A stretch of DNA of 64,000 bases, from assembly GCA_028534125.1 (NCBI GenBank), contig CM052816.1, positions 77,006,001-77,070,000 of the forward strand, given 5' to 3'. Made by a program: the position numbers and the translations under genes. The stretch comes from Lama glama. Taxonomy: Eukaryota. The notes under the pieces were generated by a model. That model was given only the letters and a program-made list of their open reading frames with translations. It was not told the DNA's origin and made no database searches. This document shows, piece after piece, positions 63,422 to 64,000 of this stretch (the stretch's first letter is position 1; each line of letters starts with the position of its first letter).

Positions 63422-63564
63422 TTGTATCACGTTTCCTTCACCAAGGAGATCAAGCTGACACAAAAGTGTGGAGTAATTCCCAATGGGGTGCACCTTCCAG
63501 GTCACGGTGGCCTTTGTGCCACTGACATTTTTGAGGAATAAGTTATAGGGAGTCTTTGGATGAA
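63422..63564 (-). CDS. OSMR: OSMR exon (human-equivalent 8), VHPKTPYNLFLKNVSGTKATVTWKVHPIGNYSTLLCQLDLLGEGNVIQ
   Basis: minus strand gcag|TT...CAA|gtaaga; 143 nt; FNIII-type cytokine-binding domain. Confidence 0.93.
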
Positions 63565-64000
63565 CTGCCAAAAAAGGTTAAAACATAAAAAAAATTTAAG
63601 CACAGATCCCAAAAGACTTTGGCAAACAGACAATTCATTTCTTCCTTGATTTATTGAATTAGCATTTTTTTTGTTTATTGTTAGAGAAAGTGACAAACAA
63701 AAGCAGACTCACAGCCAAGACCGAGTAAGCCAACTATAGCCTTGTGTCTCCTCACTGATTATATTAGAAATCTGAACAAAATATAAAAAGAAACTGAGAT
63801 TCTTAAAATTAAACAAAAGCAGGCAGATTGTAGAACGGAGTCAAAATGTGGAGAAGTGATCCTCAAAGAGAATATAACAGAAGCCAGAGTCTAACCAAAA
63901 TAACCCTTAACAATGTGAAGGGTACAGTCCAAAATGAACTGACATACCAAAAAAAGAAAATGGCACCAATTTCCATGGGAAAAGACAGACGTCAACCTTG

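Overview
Mammalian genomic DNA, very probably a camelid (alpaca/llama/camel), judged from tRNA-Ala-derived Vic-1-like SINEs. The window holds two convergent genes, the conserved RICTOR-OSMR pair. On the + strand are 29 constitutive coding exons of RICTOR (human-equivalent exons 10-38, 1960-39040; 4306 nt spliced, frame intact, all GT-AG), a 72-nt cassette exon and a ~4.4 kb 3'UTR. On the - strand are 11 coding exons of OSMR (human-equivalent exons 8-18, 63564-49743) and its 3'UTR. A 5'-truncated L1 lies between the two 3' ends, and introns carry ordinary L1, L2, MIR, MLT and MER relics. I found no wholly new multi-gene system. The best leads are: two in-frame, stop-free candidate cassette exons (45 nt and 33 nt) in RICTOR intron 34; a degenerate WSXWS box (WSGSI) in OSMR; a stop codon embedded in a poly(A) signal in OSMR intron 9 (possible soluble decoy receptor); a stop-free in-frame RICTOR intron; a possible recursive/poison splice arrangement at RICTOR exon 33; and very small TSD-flanked retrotransposition scars next to splice sites. 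Exon numbers and human comparisons come from my memory of the human proteins, not from a search. Repeat boundaries are approximate.
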